Assembly (NCBI RefSeq): GCF_053852315.1
Contig: NZ_CM132658.1
Reading direction: 5' to 3' (one strand)
Length of the DNA stretch: 32,000 nucleotides
Under the pieces are notes generated by a model. The model was not told the DNA's origin. It saw nothing but the letters and a program-made list of their open reading frames with translations, and searched no databases. Positions within the stretch are counted from its first letter, which is position 1, and the number at the start of each line of letters is the position of its first letter. A program made the translations under genes and the position numbers. Positions 30,613-32,000 of this stretch are shown here, piece by piece.

Positions 30613-31323
30613 TTAGTCCGCCGAAGGGGGCTTAGCCGGACAGGAATCGCTAATCTTAATGAATTTGTCGTTATAGACCAGATAATGATTCCCCGGCTGA
30701 CGTAACTCAGGCTGACGAACCACGTCTCCCGGACGTAGATACCAGGCATCGCCTTCCTCTTCGGTCGAATCACATCCTGGCTTAATCAGTAGCTTAAACC
30801 ATGTGTTGCCAGTGTTACTTACTGTTCCTGTCACCTTGTCGAAGGACCATTTAAACTGAACCTGACGTGGTCGTACTACCAGAATGGTATCCATCACCAC
30901 CACCGGCTCCGTGCTGACCTCGCCGCCGGTTGGGCTGCGTCTTGTCTGGTTACGAGTGGGGACCTCGCGAAATGAGACCCGGTAGTAGCGCTCGCGGTTA
31001 TCCCGTGGCCCATGATAGTAAAATTTAAAATACTCGCTCTCACCAGCCTGCAACGCCAGCTGGCGGGGGGCGAAAAGCAGTTCACCATCCACCGGTCGGG
31101 TGCGCAATTCACTGCTGCCCGGGCTATCAATAGCACTGATGGCAATACGGTATATCCGTGCGCTTTTGTTGTTATTCACTACACGTTTGCTGACAAAGTC
31201 AGTCTCGGACGGCAGCGAAAATGTCAGATTGCCGACCGAAATCGCCTGTGTCAAAGGTGCCGCCAGCATACAGACCGCTGTCAGCAGGGCCTTAGTTAAT
31301 GTTACGCCACGTCGCCTGAACAT
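30613..31323 (-). CDS. ecpE: Common pilus periplasmic chaperone EcpE
   Basis: [40 protein letters not shown]...; PapD-like chaperone. Start set 15 codons inside the track ORF. Confidence 0.9.
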   Translation of the reverse strand: MFRRRGVTLTKALLTAVCMLAAPLTQAISVGNLTFSLPSETDFVSKRVVNNNKSARIYRIAISAIDSPGSSELRTRPVDGELLFAPRQLALQAGESEYFKFYYHGPRDNRERYYRVSFREVPTRNQTRRSPTGGEVSTEPVVVMDTILVVRPRQVQFKWSFDKVTGTVSNTGNTWFKLLIKPGCDSTEEEGDAWYLRPGDVVRQPELRQPGNHYLVYNDKFIKISDSCPAKPPSAD

Positions 31324-32000
31324 GAATTTCTCCTGAAGCGCTGACTTCGCCAAACCAGCCGTTATCATCTACCGTACGCAGCGAAATGGCGTTATCCATT
31401 GGAATCGAAAATTTGACTGTGGTCTTATCCATCTGCCCCACTTCGCCAGAGATATCAGTCCACGGTGTGGTTAGCCACAGCGCATCGGTCATATCCCGCC
31501 AGCTATCATCGCACCCGGCATCGTAGGTTTTTGTAGCTCCGTTGCGGGTAATAAAGGAAAGCGTCGCCGGGAACGGTACTTTCGCCTTACCGTCATCGGA
31601 GCTGAAGACACAATAGGAGCGCCCGCCAATCACCTGCGCGGGTCCGGTCACCTTGATCAGCACTTCGTCGGCAGCTGTTTTACCGCTGGTGGTTACGATA
31701 TAGCCGAAATCGAGTGCCGGCTCGCCGCTGCCGACATATCCCTCCCGCGACGGTGTCTGAGTATATTCATCGGAGATAATACTGATGCTGAAATCACGGG
31801 GTTTGATAAGCAGCGTGTTGGAGGTAGAAAATTCATACCAGCCAGACTCCGGTGATGTCGTGTTCTGAAAGCGAAAGTTGAACAGATCCTTGGTGTTGAT
31901 GTCGCTGATCCCCAGGTTCACCATCTGCTTAAAGAAGTTGCTCGAGAAGAAAACATAGATCGAGTCTGCGCTCTTCATCTCGTTGAAGGTGTAGTAATAG
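31292..32000 (-). CDS. ecpD: Common pilus tip adhesin/polymerised protein EcpD (partial, continues beyond window)
   Basis: C-terminal portion ...[37 protein letters not shown]...; open to the window edge. Confidence 0.88.
   Translation of the reverse strand, partial: YYYTFNEMKSADSIYVFFSSNFFKQMVNLGISDINTKDLFNFRFQNTTSPESGWYEFSTSNTLLIKPRDFSISIISDEYTQTPSREGYVGSGEPALDFGYIVTTSGKTAADEVLIKVTGPAQVIGGRSYCVFSSDDGKAKVPFPATLSFITRNGATKTYDAGCDDSWRDMTDALWLTTPWTDISGEVGQMDKTTVKFSIPMDNAISLRTVDDNGWFGEVSASGEIHVQATWRNIN

Noticed and set aside
30432-30773. 113-aa minus-strand ORF between ykgJ and ecpE
   Set aside because: Its N-terminal half is an alternative frame of the ecpE 3' end and the rest shows no family signature. 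It may be a remnant but cannot be supported.

Overview
This window is Escherichia coli chromosome. The left part is backbone: the end of lafT, then lafU, dinB, yafP, an intact rtcB2-prfH pair, pepD, gpt, frsA, crl, phoE, proB, proA and tRNA-Thr (thrW). A P4-family phage satellite of about 10.7 kb is inserted at the 3' end of thrW (about 12,616 to 23,370). It looks essentially complete: int, a cos site, psu, delta, sid, a crr-like iteron cluster, a vis/AlpA-like gene, a CI-RNA immunity leader, kil, epsilon, orf151, cnr, alpha (primase/helicase) and a duplicated ori-like iteron region. The int-cos cargo slot holds an AT-rich two-gene module of an ABC/OLD-like ATPase and an HNH nuclease, overlapping by 8 bp. 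Its architecture matches Septu (PtuA/PtuB) anti-phage systems and is the best candidate defence system here. Backbone resumes with the chimeric remnant yagP, paoDCBA (yagQRST), yagU, ykgJ and ecpE/ecpD. Other notable points are an exact 19-nt P2/P4 cos sequence, four copies of TGTGTATAG positioned like integrase arm sites, a seqA/seqB/seqC arrangement for antisense-RNA immunity, and an RtcB2-PrfH ribosome repair/rescue operon intact here but decayed in K-12. All family calls come from recalled knowledge and motif reading; no database search was run.
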